Below are positions 1 to 9,374 of a stretch of DNA of 64,000 bases, one piece after another. The DNA comes from Gemmatimonadota bacterium (GTDB lineage Bacteria; Gemmatimonadota; Gemmatimonadetes; Palauibacterales; KS3-K002), in assembly GCA_039586795.1 (NCBI GenBank), contig JBDHJS010000016.1, positions 1 through 64,000 of the forward strand. The letters are read 5' to 3'. The notes under the pieces are model-generated. The model had not been told where the DNA came from and ran no database searches. It worked only from the letters and a program-made list of their open reading frames with translations. The position numbers and the translations under genes are program-made. Numbering within the stretch: position 1 is the first letter of the stretch; each line of letters opens with the position of its first letter.

Positions 1-36
1 TGGGGGAGAGACCGGCAGGTTCACGTTGCGGGTTGG

Positions 37-133
37 GATTCGGTGATTACGAGATTCGGGGATTCGGGGGGGGCGGGGACTGGGGGTGCGGGTCCCGGCT
101 CCAAGATCCCCGGATGAGCGAATCGTCGAATCC
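37..133. repeat. 8-bp-period tandem repeat (GATTCGGT GATTACGA GATTCGGG GATTCGGG) with a partial inverted copy
   Basis: Four units at 37-68; inverted CGAATC units at 119-133; 45-59 is the exact reverse complement of 38408-38422. Confidence 0.8.
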
Positions 134-287
134 GCTTCAGCAATTCCCCTCCAACATGTGAACCGTGTTGCTGCCTTCCCACAACCAGCATAGATTGGGT
201 CGATCAGCCTCATGGTGTTGGCACAAGGGAAGGCGGGGAGAGGGGGCTACTCTTCCTTGCAACGGCTAACCGCGTAAACCCACGAGC

Positions 288-2000
288 ATGCATCGTCCCG
301 CACTCGCACGACTATATAGGCCACGCAATTTCTCCGAGATTGTCGGACAGGATCACGTGTCGTCTACGCTTCGCACGGGTGTGGAGCGAGGCCGGATCGC
401 GCACGCCTACCTGTTCTGTGGCCCGCGTGGTATAGGCAAGACGACGGCCGCTCGGGTGCTGGCGATGGCGCTCAACTGCGCGAACCGGCAGGGCGGCGAG
501 CCGTGCGGTGAGTGTGAGAGCTGCCAACAGATCTGGTCGGGTCGTACGTCATTGGACGTTGTAGAGATCGACGCAGCGTCCAATCGCGGCGTCGATGATG
601 CCCGCGACCTTCGTGAGCGTGCCATGTACGCGCCGTCCGAGGAGTCGCGTTACAAGGTCTACATCATCGACGAGGCCCACATGCTCACGCGGGAGGCGTG
701 GAACGCGTTCCTGAAGATCCTCGAGGAGCCGCCGCCGCGTGTCATCTTCGTCCTGGCCACGACGGAGCCAGGGAAGATCTTCCAGGCGGCGCCGCCCATC
801 CTGTCACGGTGCCAGCGGTTCGATTTCCACAGGATCACAGCGCAGCAGATCCGAGATCGGTTAGACCATGTGCTGACCGCGGAGGGCGTGGAGGCCGAGG
901 AAGCGGCTCTGCTGCCGATCGCCCGAAAGGCGGACGGCGCGTTGCGCGACGCGCTCTCGGCTCTTGACCAGGTCCTCGCGTTCAGCGGTGACAAGATCGG
1001 TGTGGCCGATGTCCGCCAAGTCCTTGGTCTCATCGAGGAGGATCTCTTCTTCGAGTTGTATGAAATACTCGCCGACCGGAAGACGGCGGAGGTTTTCGGG
1101 TATGTGGAGCGACTGGTCGATGGCGGCTACGACCTGGAGGAGTTTCACAAAGGTCTCGGCGAGGGATTGCGTCAGCTGCTCAGGGCGAAACTCGAGGGTG
1201 TCGAATCACTGCACCTGATGTCCGAGGAGCTTTCAACTCGGTATTCGGCGATGGCTGAGCGGTTCGCCGCTGGAGACTTGATGCGTATGCTCTCAGGACT
1301 GGCCGAGCTTGATACGGATGGCCGATTCCGGAAGAGCGAGCAGCAGCGGATTCTGGTCGAAGTGTTGCTTCTCAAGTTCGCAATGCTGGATCGGACGGTC
1401 GAGCTCGAGGAGCTTATCGCGGCCGTTCGTGGGAACCCCGGCGCGCCAGGGGGCGGGTCCGCTGGCCCACCGACTAGCCCGCCGGCCGGCGGCAGCGCTC
1501 CGCGCACGCGAAGGAAGTCAGGTGGGCAGCAGGCCGCGCCACTTCAGAGCCCGGAACCGCCGGGCAACCCCGGACCACCCGAGACGGGGAGCGAACTCAC
1601 CTCGGCGCCGCTTGCCGAAGGAGGACCGTTAGCTGCGGCGCAGACGGCCTGGCAGGAGATGATCGCCGACGGTCAGGTGCTCCGTCCGGGCCAGGGGATC
1701 GCCATGCGGGCGGCACGGATCATAGCTCTGCTTCCCGACGGCGAGCTACGGGTCTCGTGTGCCGCCGGCACACCGGCGGCGGAGGTCCTCGAGGACCAGA
1801 TCGCCCGGCGGCGTATAGAGGAGGAACTTTCGAAGCGTCTTGGGCGTCCCATACGAATAACGGGATCAGGGACTGGGGAACCGCTTCCGCCGAGGGTAAG
1901 CCAGGAGACAACTCGCGAGCAGAAGCTGGCTCGGCTGGTCGAAGATGACCGGGGTCTCCAGGACCTGGTGGACAAGTTGGACCTTGAATTGATCGAGTAG
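288..2000 (+). CDS. dnaX: DNA polymerase III subunit gamma/tau
   Basis: LARLYRP start, Walker A GPRGIGKTT, Cys Zn module, EIDAASN, IIDEAHML, SRC motif; Pro-rich linker. Confidence 0.97.
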   Translation: MHRPALARLYRPRNFSEIVGQDHVSSTLRTGVERGRIAHAYLFCGPRGIGKTTAARVLAMALNCANRQGGEPCGECESCQQIWSGRTSLDVVEIDAASNRGVDDARDLRERAMYAPSEESRYKVYIIDEAHMLTREAWNAFLKILEEPPPRVIFVLATTEPGKIFQAAPPILSRCQRFDFHRITAQQIRDRLDHVLTAEGVEAEEAALLPIARKADGALRDALSALDQVLAFSGDKIGVADVRQVLGLIEEDLFFELYEILADRKTAEVFGYVERLVDGGYDLEEFHKGLGEGLRQLLRAKLEGVESLHLMSEELSTRYSAMAERFAAGDLMRMLSGLAELDTDGRFRKSEQQRILVEVLLLKFAMLDRTVELEELIAAVRGNPGAPGGGSAGPPTSPPAGGSAPRTRRKSGGQQAAPLQSPEPPGNPGPPETGSELTSAPLAEGGPLAAAQTAWQEMIADGQVLRPGQGIAMRAARIIALLPDGELRVSCAAGTPAAEVLEDQIARRRIEEELSKRLGRPIRITGSGTGEPLPPRVSQETTREQKLARLVEDDRGLQDLVDKLDLELIE

Positions 2001-2096
2001 TATCGGAGCTGGAAACGGCCTAAAGGGCTAGCCTTGCGTGGTTTTCAGCGATCTGTAAACTTCAACAGCGATGACGGGTGAGCGGGAGTTGCCAGG

Positions 2097-2426
2097 ATGA
2101 ACAATATCCACCAGTTGTTCCAGCTGGTTCAGCAAGGTCAGGCTCGACTGACCGAGATCCAGACACAACTGGCGAGTAAGACGGTCACAGCCAGCAGCGG
2201 AGGTGGACTGGTCACGGTGGTAGCGGATGGCCAGGGCCGAATCCGCGAGGTCAAGATCGATCCGTCGGTGGTGAATCCATCCGACGTAGAGATGTTGGAG
2301 GACTTGATTCAGGCGGCGGTGGCCGACGCTCAGGCTCGCGCTCGTCAGCTGTACGACGAAGAACTCAGTCAGATGACTGGCGGCTTGAGCCCGTTCAACC
2401 TCGGCAGCCTGTTCGGAGGTTCGTAA
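2097..2426 (+). CDS. ybaB: YbaB/EbfC nucleoid-associated protein
   Basis: SGGGLVTV and DVEMLEDLI motifs; lies between dnaX and recR. Confidence 0.95.
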   Translation: MNNIHQLFQLVQQGQARLTEIQTQLASKTVTASSGGGLVTVVADGQGRIREVKIDPSVVNPSDVEMLEDLIQAAVADAQARARQLYDEELSQMTGGLSPFNLGSLFGGS

Positions 2427-2435
2427 GGCGCTGGC

Positions 2436-3020
2436 ATGTCGGTAATCGACGATCTGGCCAGCGAGTTCTCGCGTCTCCCAGGTATCGGTCGGAAGACCGC
2501 ATATCGGCTCACTCATCATTTGCTCAAGATCCCGCCGGAGGAGGCGTGCCGGCTAGCGAGAGCCATCGAGACGATGGCCGAGCGGGTGAGGCACTGCTCG
2601 ATCTGTAACAACCTGAGCGAGTCCGATCCGTGCGAGTACTGCACGAATCACAGCCGGGATCGGACGAAGATCTGTGTGGTAGAGGAGGCATCGGACATAA
2701 CAGCCATAGACGGCTCCGGCGGTTACCGGGGACTCTACCACGTGCTGGGAGGCTGCCTTTCGCCGCTCGACGGCATAGGGCCCGATGAGTTAAAGATCGA
2801 GTTGTTGTATTCGCGGTTGAACGGCGAGGTTCGCGAAGTGATAATCGCGACGAACCCAAGCGTCGAAGGCGAAGCGACGGCGACGTACTTGCACAGGTCG
2901 TTGACATCGAAGGGTGTGGAAGTAACGCGCCTGGCCCGAGGGCTACCGGTTGGCGGCGATCTGGAATACGCGGACGGAGTAACAATCGCCCAGGCACTGG
3001 CTGGGCGCAGAGGAATGTAG
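2436..3020 (+). CDS. recR: Recombination mediator RecR
   Basis: LPGIGRKTA HhH motif, C4 zinc finger, Toprim ATNPSVEGEAT. Confidence 0.97.
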   Translation: MSVIDDLASEFSRLPGIGRKTAYRLTHHLLKIPPEEACRLARAIETMAERVRHCSICNNLSESDPCEYCTNHSRDRTKICVVEEASDITAIDGSGGYRGLYHVLGGCLSPLDGIGPDELKIELLYSRLNGEVREVIIATNPSVEGEATATYLHRSLTSKGVEVTRLARGLPVGGDLEYADGVTIAQALAGRRGM

Positions 3021-3356
3021 ATGGGTTGGGTCATGGATCGGGAGAACCTTACGATCAGGTGGTTGCGGACGGTGGGGCTCGCGGTGGCCGGTGCGGCTGC
3101 GGTGAGTGCGCTAGGTGTATTGTTCGTCCGAGATCAGATGAACCGTCATCGTCGCAACCTGTTCAGCCCGCGGCCGCTACGGCGGTTGGCGGCGCTGAGT
3201 TACATCGGCAAGCACCCCGACGTAGAGAACGCTCATCTGCTGCGAGACTACATTGGCTGGGAGAAGGAACCCAAGCTGAAGAAGCGGGCGACCGCGATTC
3301 TCGAGCGGATGGAGAATGCGCTAACGGCCGGCGAGTTGGAGCCGAGCGGCGCCTAA
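3021..3356 (+). CDS. Hypothetical protein with one TM helix and a HEAT-like helical C-terminus (start may be 3033)
   Basis: Fills the recR-mglB gap; hydrophobic VGLAVAGAAAVSALGVLFV followed by RRLAALSYIG. Confidence 0.75.
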   Translation: MGWVMDRENLTIRWLRTVGLAVAGAAAVSALGVLFVRDQMNRHRRNLFSPRPLRRLAALSYIGKHPDVENAHLLRDYIGWEKEPKLKKRATAILERMENALTAGELEPSGA

Positions 3357-3377
3357 CGGTAACGGGATAGCGAGCGG

Positions 3378-3881
3378 ATGACGCCAGGCGGAGCACCGAG
3401 CTGGTCATTCGGGCCGAGCGACTCACAGCGGATCGAGGGTATCCTCTCAAACCTTCTGTACGAGTCGAACGCACGGTGTGCTCTGTTGGTCGATCGAACC
3501 GGCCAGCTCGTGACGACGGTAGGGGAGCAGCCGGACTTTGATTCGGCGGCGTTCGCCAGCCTGACGGCGGCCGACTTCTCGGCCAACGACCAGCTGGCGA
3601 CGCTGATCGGCGAAGAGGAATTCAGCTCTTTGTTCCACCAGGGGCGCACCGAGTCGATGTACCTCGCGGATATCGGCAAGCGCTTGATCCTGGTGGTGCT
3701 CTTCAATAAACAGACGACCCTGGGTCTCGTCCGCATCAAGATCAAGGACGCGGTCGGGGGTCTGACCAAGGCCTTCGAGGATGTGTTCGGTCGAGCTGAG
3801 GCAGATGACGAGACTCCGGCTCTCGAGCGAGGCTTCGTGGATGACGCTGAGGATGAGATTGATCGACTGTTCCGGGAATAG
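3378..3881 (+). CDS. mglB: Roadblock/LC7 protein MglB (GAP for MglA)
   Basis: ALLVDRTGQL, LASLTAADFSA-like helix, TTLGLVR, acidic C-terminal helix; directly upstream of mglA. Confidence 0.9.
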   Translation: MTPGGAPSWSFGPSDSQRIEGILSNLLYESNARCALLVDRTGQLVTTVGEQPDFDSAAFASLTAADFSANDQLATLIGEEEFSSLFHQGRTESMYLADIGKRLILVVLFNKQTTLGLVRIKIKDAVGGLTKAFEDVFGRAEADDETPALERGFVDDAEDEIDRLFRE

Positions 3882-3893
3882 GGGATCTCGACT

Positions 3894-4472
3894 ATGTCGA
3901 TGATCAACTATGCGTCCCGGGAGATCAACTGCAAGATAGTCTATTATGGCCCCGGGCTCGGCGGTAAGACGTCGAACCTGGAGTACATCTATAACAAGGT
4001 CGCGCCGTCGACTCGCGGTAAGCTGATCAGTCTGGCGACGGAGACGGAGCGCACGTTGTTCTTTGACTTCCTTCCCGTGGACCTGGGGACGATCCGCGGC
4101 TTCAAGACGCGGTTTCATCTCTACACGGTGCCCGGCCAGGTCTATTACAACGCCAGCCGGAAGCTGATCTTGAAGGGCGTAGATGGGGTCGTCTTCGTGG
4201 CCGACAGCCAGGTCGAGAGACTGGACGCCAACATAGAGGCGATGCACAATCTGTACGAGAATCTGGCTGAGTACGGCTACGATTTGCGACAGATCCCATT
4301 TGTGATCCAATACAACAAACGTGACCTGCCGAACGTGTCTCCGGCGGAAGAGCTGGATCGTCACCTCAACCCGGACCGTGTTCCCTCGTACGAGGGCGTG
4401 GCGACCAAGGGAGTCGGCGTTTTCGACACGCTTAAGGCCGTCGCGAAGCTGGTGATAAAATCCCTCGGGTGA
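3894..4472 (+). CDS. mglA: MglA small Ras-like GTPase
   Basis: [36 protein letters not shown]. Confidence 0.95.
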   Translation: MSMINYASREINCKIVYYGPGLGGKTSNLEYIYNKVAPSTRGKLISLATETERTLFFDFLPVDLGTIRGFKTRFHLYTVPGQVYYNASRKLILKGVDGVVFVADSQVERLDANIEAMHNLYENLAEYGYDLRQIPFVIQYNKRDLPNVSPAEELDRHLNPDRVPSYEGVATKGVGVFDTLKAVAKLVIKSLG

Positions 4473-4488
4473 TCGGGGGCTATTCCCT

Positions 4489-5136
4489 GTGAACCTGCCG
4501 AACATCATTACCGTCATACGCGTCCTCGCGACGCCGCTGCTGTTCTATCTGATCCTGCGCGGTGGGTTCGGTCAGTTGCTGGCAGCCTTTGTGCTGTTCG
4601 TAGCGGCGGGGCTGTCTGACGTTTGGGATGGCCACCTGGCACGAAAGCGCGGCGAGATCACCGACTTCGGCAAGCTGGCAGATCCGATCGCCGACAAACT
4701 CCTGCTCGTCAGCACGTTCATCCCGTTCTACATCCTGTCGGTGCGGGGGGCGGGCTCGGGATTGGATGTCGTCCCGGGGCTATTTCACGTCTTGCCGCTT
4801 TGGGTGCTGATCGTGGTGCTCGGGCGTGAGGTCCTGATCACGGTCTTCCGCGGCTTTGCGAAGCAGCGAGGCGTCGTCATCGCGGCGGGCAAGGCGGGTA
4901 AATACAAGGCTCTGTTCCAGAACCTGTTCATCGGTGGCGAGATTCTCTGGCTGGCCCTGCGGCATCAAGCGCTGGAGCGCGGTTGGGACAGTCCCTTCTG
5001 GTCCTTCTGGAAAGTCCTGCACGGAACGTGGGTGACGATCACCCTTGGCATTGCCGTCTTGCTGACGGCGTATTCGCTAGGCGTCTACCTCTGGCGCTAC
5101 CGTAGCGTTGTTCGAACGGGCCGGAATGAAGCGTGA
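4489..5136 (+). CDS. pgsA: CDP-alcohol phosphatidyltransferase (PGP synthase-like)
   Basis: MNLPNIIT start; DVWDGHLARK...FGKLADPIADK. Confidence 0.88.
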   Translation: MNLPNIITVIRVLATPLLFYLILRGGFGQLLAAFVLFVAAGLSDVWDGHLARKRGEITDFGKLADPIADKLLLVSTFIPFYILSVRGAGSGLDVVPGLFHVLPLWVLIVVLGREVLITVFRGFAKQRGVVIAAGKAGKYKALFQNLFIGGEILWLALRHQALERGWDSPFWSFWKVLHGTWVTITLGIAVLLTAYSLGVYLWRYRSVVRTGRNEA

Positions 5137-6418
5137 GCTGAACGCCCTCGAGATCGTTGCGATAGGGGATGAGTTGCTGAGCGGCGCGACGATCGACTCC
5201 AACGCCTCACTCATCGCACAGAAGCTCGAACCGATTGGCCTTCGCGTTGTTCGCAAGACGACCGTAGGTGACTCGGAATCCGCCATCGCCGATGTGGTAC
5301 GGAAGGCTCTCGAGCGCACTGGCGCCGTGATCACGACAGGCGGCTTGGGCCCGACGGCGGACGACGTGACGCGAGCGGCAGTGGCGGCGGTATTCGATCT
5401 GCCGCTCGAGTTCCGGGAGGATCTTTGGGCGGCGCTGCTCGAGCGGTGGAAGCTGCGGGGGAAGATCCCGGATAGCAATCGAGTGCAGGCGGAGGTTCCG
5501 CGAGGAGGGATCGTCTTCCCGAACGCGCGTGGCACGGCTCCGGGGATCGCGATCGAAGACGATGACCTGGGAGTATGCATACTTCTGCCCGGGCCGCCTC
5601 ATGAGCTCGAGGCGATGGTGGAGTCGTCCGTTAGACCGTTTCTGGCAGAGCGGGCGGCTGGTGAAGCTCAGCGTCCGTTCCGGCGGTATCTGCGGACGGC
5701 AGGTATCGCTGAATCGGCCATCGCAGAGCGTGTCGCTGACCGGTTCGACGACCTACCCATCGACGTCGCCTTCCTACCCGAGATCGACTGCAACGATATC
5801 CGGCTGACGGCGTGGTCCGCTGATGAATCCGCTGTGGCCGGTGCGCTGGAGGAGGCGGTGGATCGTCTGCGGGTGATCCTCGACCCGTATATCTACGCCG
5901 AAGGAACGGTCGAGCTGGCGGAGGTGGTCGGCGGGTTGCTCAAGGAGAAGGGATTGATGGCAGCGGTGGCCGAGAGCTGCACCGCGGGTCTCATCGCCAA
6001 GCGGCTCACCGATACGGCCGGTTCGTCGGAGTACTTCTGGGGCGGAGTGATAGCGTACGCCGATCGGGCAAAGGTCGAGCTGCTGGGCGTTGACGCAGAG
6101 ACGCTTCGCGAGCACGGAGCGGTATCGGAGAGAACGGCGAAGGAAATGGCCGCTGGCGTTGTTCGTCGAACGGGCGCTGAAGTCGGGATCGCGGTCACGG
6201 GGATCGCGGGTCCGGGTGGAGGGACGGACGAGAAGCCGGTGGGGACGGTGTGGCTGGCGGTGGCGGTTGGTGCTGAGGTGGTGGTGCGGAGGGTTCATCT
6301 GCCGGGTACGCGCGATATGGTGCGGGAGCGAGCATCGCAGGCGGCGTTGGATCTGTTGAGGCGGGTTTTGGAGGGGACGGTAGATCGGGGTGACGGGGGA
6401 ACGCTTGACGCGCAATGA
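5126..6418 (+). CDS. cinA: Competence/damage-inducible protein CinA (MoCF domain plus NMN deamidase)
   Basis: IGDELLSG, GGLGPTADDVT, AESCTAG, GAVSE, TGIAGPGGG. Confidence 0.95.
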   Translation: MKRELNALEIVAIGDELLSGATIDSNASLIAQKLEPIGLRVVRKTTVGDSESAIADVVRKALERTGAVITTGGLGPTADDVTRAAVAAVFDLPLEFREDLWAALLERWKLRGKIPDSNRVQAEVPRGGIVFPNARGTAPGIAIEDDDLGVCILLPGPPHELEAMVESSVRPFLAERAAGEAQRPFRRYLRTAGIAESAIAERVADRFDDLPIDVAFLPEIDCNDIRLTAWSADESAVAGALEEAVDRLRVILDPYIYAEGTVELAEVVGGLLKEKGLMAAVAESCTAGLIAKRLTDTAGSSEYFWGGVIAYADRAKVELLGVDAETLREHGAVSERTAKEMAAGVVRRTGAEVGIAVTGIAGPGGGTDEKPVGTVWLAVAVGAEVVVRRVHLPGTRDMVRERASQAALDLLRRVLEGTVDRGDGGTLDAQ

Positions 6419-6433
6419 TCGACGGTCAAGGCG

Positions 6434-6523
6434 TAATCACAATCATCATCACTCATCCCACAACGCTCAGTGGAAAACGGTTTGGCGTTGAGGGATGAGG
6501 GATGAGTGTCGAGGATTGTGATT
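6434..6523. repeat. Long imperfect inverted repeat built from short repeat units
   Basis: AATCACAATC/GATTGTGATT, CACTCATCCC/GGGATGAGTG and CAACGC/GCGTTG arm pairs, just after the cinA stop. Confidence 0.8.
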
Positions 6524-6553
6524 GGACGTCAGAAGTCAAACATTGAAGAGTAG

Positions 6554-7474
6554 TTGTTCGCTAGAGATAGAGACTTTGAGCAGCAGGCACCCATGAAAGG
6601 CGCACACGCCTATTTCCCCGGCTCCGCCGGCGTCCGTCTACACTACCGGTGTTGGGATATCCCGTCACCGCGTGCCGTGGTGATGGTGTCGCATGGGCTC
6701 GGCGAACATTCCGGGCGCTACGATGAGCTGGCTCAGGATCTGGCGCGAGCTGGGATCAGCACCTACGCCCTCGATCATAGAGGGCACGGCCGGTCGGATG
6801 GCCGCCGCGGCCACGTCAGACGTTTCACTCGTTACATACATGATTTCGAGAAGTTTCGCAGGCGCGTCGTCGGTTGTACGGGTCCCGATACTCCGTTGGT
6901 GATGCTGGGCCACTCGCTGGGTGGAGTGATCTTGATCCGGTATCTCCAGGAGTACCCTGCGGTGCCGGCTCGTGGCGCGATACTCTCCGCACCGGCGTTG
7001 GGCGTGGCGATGGATGTCCCGCGCTGGAAGGAGCAGCTGGCCCGGACGCTCTATTACTTGGTTCCCGCGTTGCCGATGAGTACCGGCCTCGATCCCGCGT
7101 ATCTTACCCACGACAGACAGATCGTCGACGCCTACGTGCGGGACCCGCTCGTTCACGACAGAGTCACTCCGCGGCTCTACGGTGAAATCATGCGCGAAGT
7201 CGATCTCGCGTTCGAGAAGGCGCCGAAGCTTCGGATACCGGTCCTGATGCTCGTTCCCAGCGAGGACCGGATCACCCGCCCCGACCAGATGCAGCGCTTT
7301 GCGGCCGCTGTCGGCCGGCCGCAGGCCGTTCAGATGGTTACCTTCCCCGGTCTCTACCATGAGGTTTTGAACGAGATCTCGAGGTCGAGCATCGTCGCGG
7401 ACTTGCTTGGCTGGATAGAGCGCCGGATAGAAGCGCAGCCGCTGGCGGCGGGAGCCGACGGCCCGCTGAGCTAG
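6554..7474 (+). CDS. Alpha/beta hydrolase, lysophospholipase/monoglyceride lipase family (start may be 6593)
   Basis: HGLGEHSGRY, DHRGHGRS, GHSLG nucleophile, YHE. Confidence 0.92.
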   Translation: MFARDRDFEQQAPMKGAHAYFPGSAGVRLHYRCWDIPSPRAVVMVSHGLGEHSGRYDELAQDLARAGISTYALDHRGHGRSDGRRGHVRRFTRYIHDFEKFRRRVVGCTGPDTPLVMLGHSLGGVILIRYLQEYPAVPARGAILSAPALGVAMDVPRWKEQLARTLYYLVPALPMSTGLDPAYLTHDRQIVDAYVRDPLVHDRVTPRLYGEIMREVDLAFEKAPKLRIPVLMLVPSEDRITRPDQMQRFAAAVGRPQAVQMVTFPGLYHEVLNEISRSSIVADLLGWIERRIEAQPLAAGADGPLS

Positions 7475-7495
7475 ACGGCGGCGAGTCTCGCAACG

Positions 7496-7529
7496 TGGCA
7501 CGTTCCCTGCACTTAACTGATGTCGGTGC
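7496..7529 (+). promoter_or_regulatory. Candidate sigma-54 promoter overlapping a degenerate CIRCE-like site upstream of grpE
   Basis: TGGCACGTTCCCTGCA at 7496-7511; GCACTT-N9-CGGTGC at 7509-7529. Confidence 0.4.
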
Positions 7530-7639
7530 CGTCGTTTTGGCACACCAGCCGCCGGGCCCGGGTCCAGGGGACTTGACGCCCGGCGGGCAAGCGATGAGTC
7601 TCAGACACGATTTCCAAACGAGGAAGCCCGAATAGAGGC

Positions 7640-8260
7640 ATGGATCCGAAAGAAAAAGAGAACCTGGACCACGAGCAGTCGGACGAGCCGACAGCCGAAA
7701 CTGCCGATATGGCGGACGCGGAGGCGGCGGAGGAGCTAGCCGCAGCTGACGAAGAGAGTAACAGCGTCGCTCCGACGTCGGACGAAGTGATCGGCTCGCT
7801 CACCGATGAGCTCAAGGAGTTGGAGGACCGGCACCTGAGGTTGGTGGCCGAGTTCGACAATTTCCGCAAGCGCACCATACGGGAGCGGGCCCAGCAGACC
7901 GAGCGTGCGCAGGCGGAGCTGGTCAAGCTGCTGCTCGAATCGCTGGATGACCTGGCTCGGGTCTCCCACATGAGTTCCGGCGAGCACAAGGCGGCGGCGA
8001 TCCTCGAGGGCGTGCAGCTGGTCGAGAGCAAGTTGCTGCGAGCGCTGGAGGCCGCCGGACTGACGGCGATCGAGGCCGTGGGCCAGCCATTTGATCCGCA
8101 GCTACATGACGCTCTGGTTACAGTGTCGACGGATGAGCCCGACCAGGACGATGTGGTCTCGCAGGAGATCGCGAGGGGTTACCTGTTTAAAGATGCCTTG
8201 CTTCGCCCATCGTTGGTCGAGGTGAAGAAGTACCGGCCGGCCGCCGGTGCTGACCAGTAA
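7640..8260 (+). CDS. grpE: Nucleotide exchange factor GrpE
   Basis: LRLVAEFDNFRKR, GQPFDPQLHDA, GY...LLRP. Confidence 0.96.
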   Translation: MDPKEKENLDHEQSDEPTAETADMADAEAAEELAAADEESNSVAPTSDEVIGSLTDELKELEDRHLRLVAEFDNFRKRTIRERAQQTERAQAELVKLLLESLDDLARVSHMSSGEHKAAAILEGVQLVESKLLRALEAAGLTAIEAVGQPFDPQLHDALVTVSTDEPDQDDVVSQEIARGYLFKDALLRPSLVEVKKYRPAAGADQ

Positions 8261-8276
8261 CTGAAAGCGATTCCCG

Positions 8277-9365
8277 ATGCCGGGAGCGACGACCAAAGAT
8301 TACTACCAGATCCTCGGGGTCTCGGAGAGCGCGACCGAAGACGAGGTGAAGAAGGCGTATCGCAAGCTGGCCAAGCAGTATCACCCGGACGCGAATCCTG
8401 ACGACCCCAAAGCCGGCGACAAATTCAAGGAAGTTTCGGAAGCGTATTCCGTTCTCTCGGACGATGAGCGGCGTAGGAAATACGACCGCATGCGCAAGTT
8501 CACGCCGTTCGAGGACTTCACGACGACGCCCGGCGCCGGCGCGGAGCACGGGCGCGGGTTTTCGTTCGATGACCTGGGCGGTATCGGTGACATCTTCAGC
8601 TCGATCTTCGATTTCGGGCGTGGCCGCAAGCAGAAGACGGCGACCCAGGGTCGTGATGTCGAACACTCGGTTGAAGTTCCATTCCGCACAGCGACGCGCG
8701 GCGGCCAGATAACGGTCAACGTTCCGGTGACCGAGGAATGCGCGACGTGTGACGGCAGCGGGGCTCGCGTGGGCACGACGACGACACGCTGTCCCGAGTG
8801 CGACGGCGCCGGTCACGTGAGCTTCGGGCAGGGCGACTTCGCCATCAACAAGCCGTGCCCCGCCTGTTTTGGCCGCGGCGAGATTGCCACGGATCCTTGC
8901 GGCAGTTGTCGTGGCACGGGACAGGTGACCAGCCAGCGGCGCGTGAATCTGCGAGTGCCGGCCGGGGTCGAGAGCGGTTCGCGTGTTCGTATGTCCGGGA
9001 TGGGTGAACGCGGACCGGGCGGCGGTCCGCCGGGCGACCTGATCGTCAGATTCGAGGTCAAGAAGGATCGCTTTTTCAGGCGACGCGGACTCGACATATA
9101 CTGCACGGTACCCATCAACATCGCGCAGGCGGCGCTGGGCTCGAAACTTCGCGTACGCACGGTGGATGGCAAACGCGTGGTGCTGCGCGTTCCACCGGGC
9201 ACCAGCAGTGGAACGAAGTTCCGGATACCCAAGATGGGCGTCGAGAAGGACGGACGAATCGGCGATCAATACGTCGAGGTGAAGATCATCGTCCCGGAGA
9301 AGCTGAACGACAAGGGAGAGCAGGCGATCAAAGAGTTCGCTCAAGCGGAAGGAATCAAGTACTAG
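8277..9365 (+). CDS. dnaJ: Chaperone DnaJ
   Basis: J domain with HPD, G/F region, four CxxCxGxG repeats. Confidence 0.96.
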   Translation: MPGATTKDYYQILGVSESATEDEVKKAYRKLAKQYHPDANPDDPKAGDKFKEVSEAYSVLSDDERRRKYDRMRKFTPFEDFTTTPGAGAEHGRGFSFDDLGGIGDIFSSIFDFGRGRKQKTATQGRDVEHSVEVPFRTATRGGQITVNVPVTEECATCDGSGARVGTTTTRCPECDGAGHVSFGQGDFAINKPCPACFGRGEIATDPCGSCRGTGQVTSQRRVNLRVPAGVESGSRVRMSGMGERGPGGGPPGDLIVRFEVKKDRFFRRRGLDIYCTVPINIAQAALGSKLRVRTVDGKRVVLRVPPGTSSGTKFRIPKMGVEKDGRIGDQYVEVKIIVPEKLNDKGEQAIKEFAQAEGIKY

Positions 9366-9374
9366 CCTCTCCGG

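Noticed and set aside
1..25. Possible 3' end of SRP RNA (ffs), which often precedes dnaX
   Set aside because: No SRP core motif is visible within the window, so it cannot be supported.
288..2000. Programmed frameshift site in dnaX
   Set aside because: I saw no A AAA AAG or long A/T slippery run.
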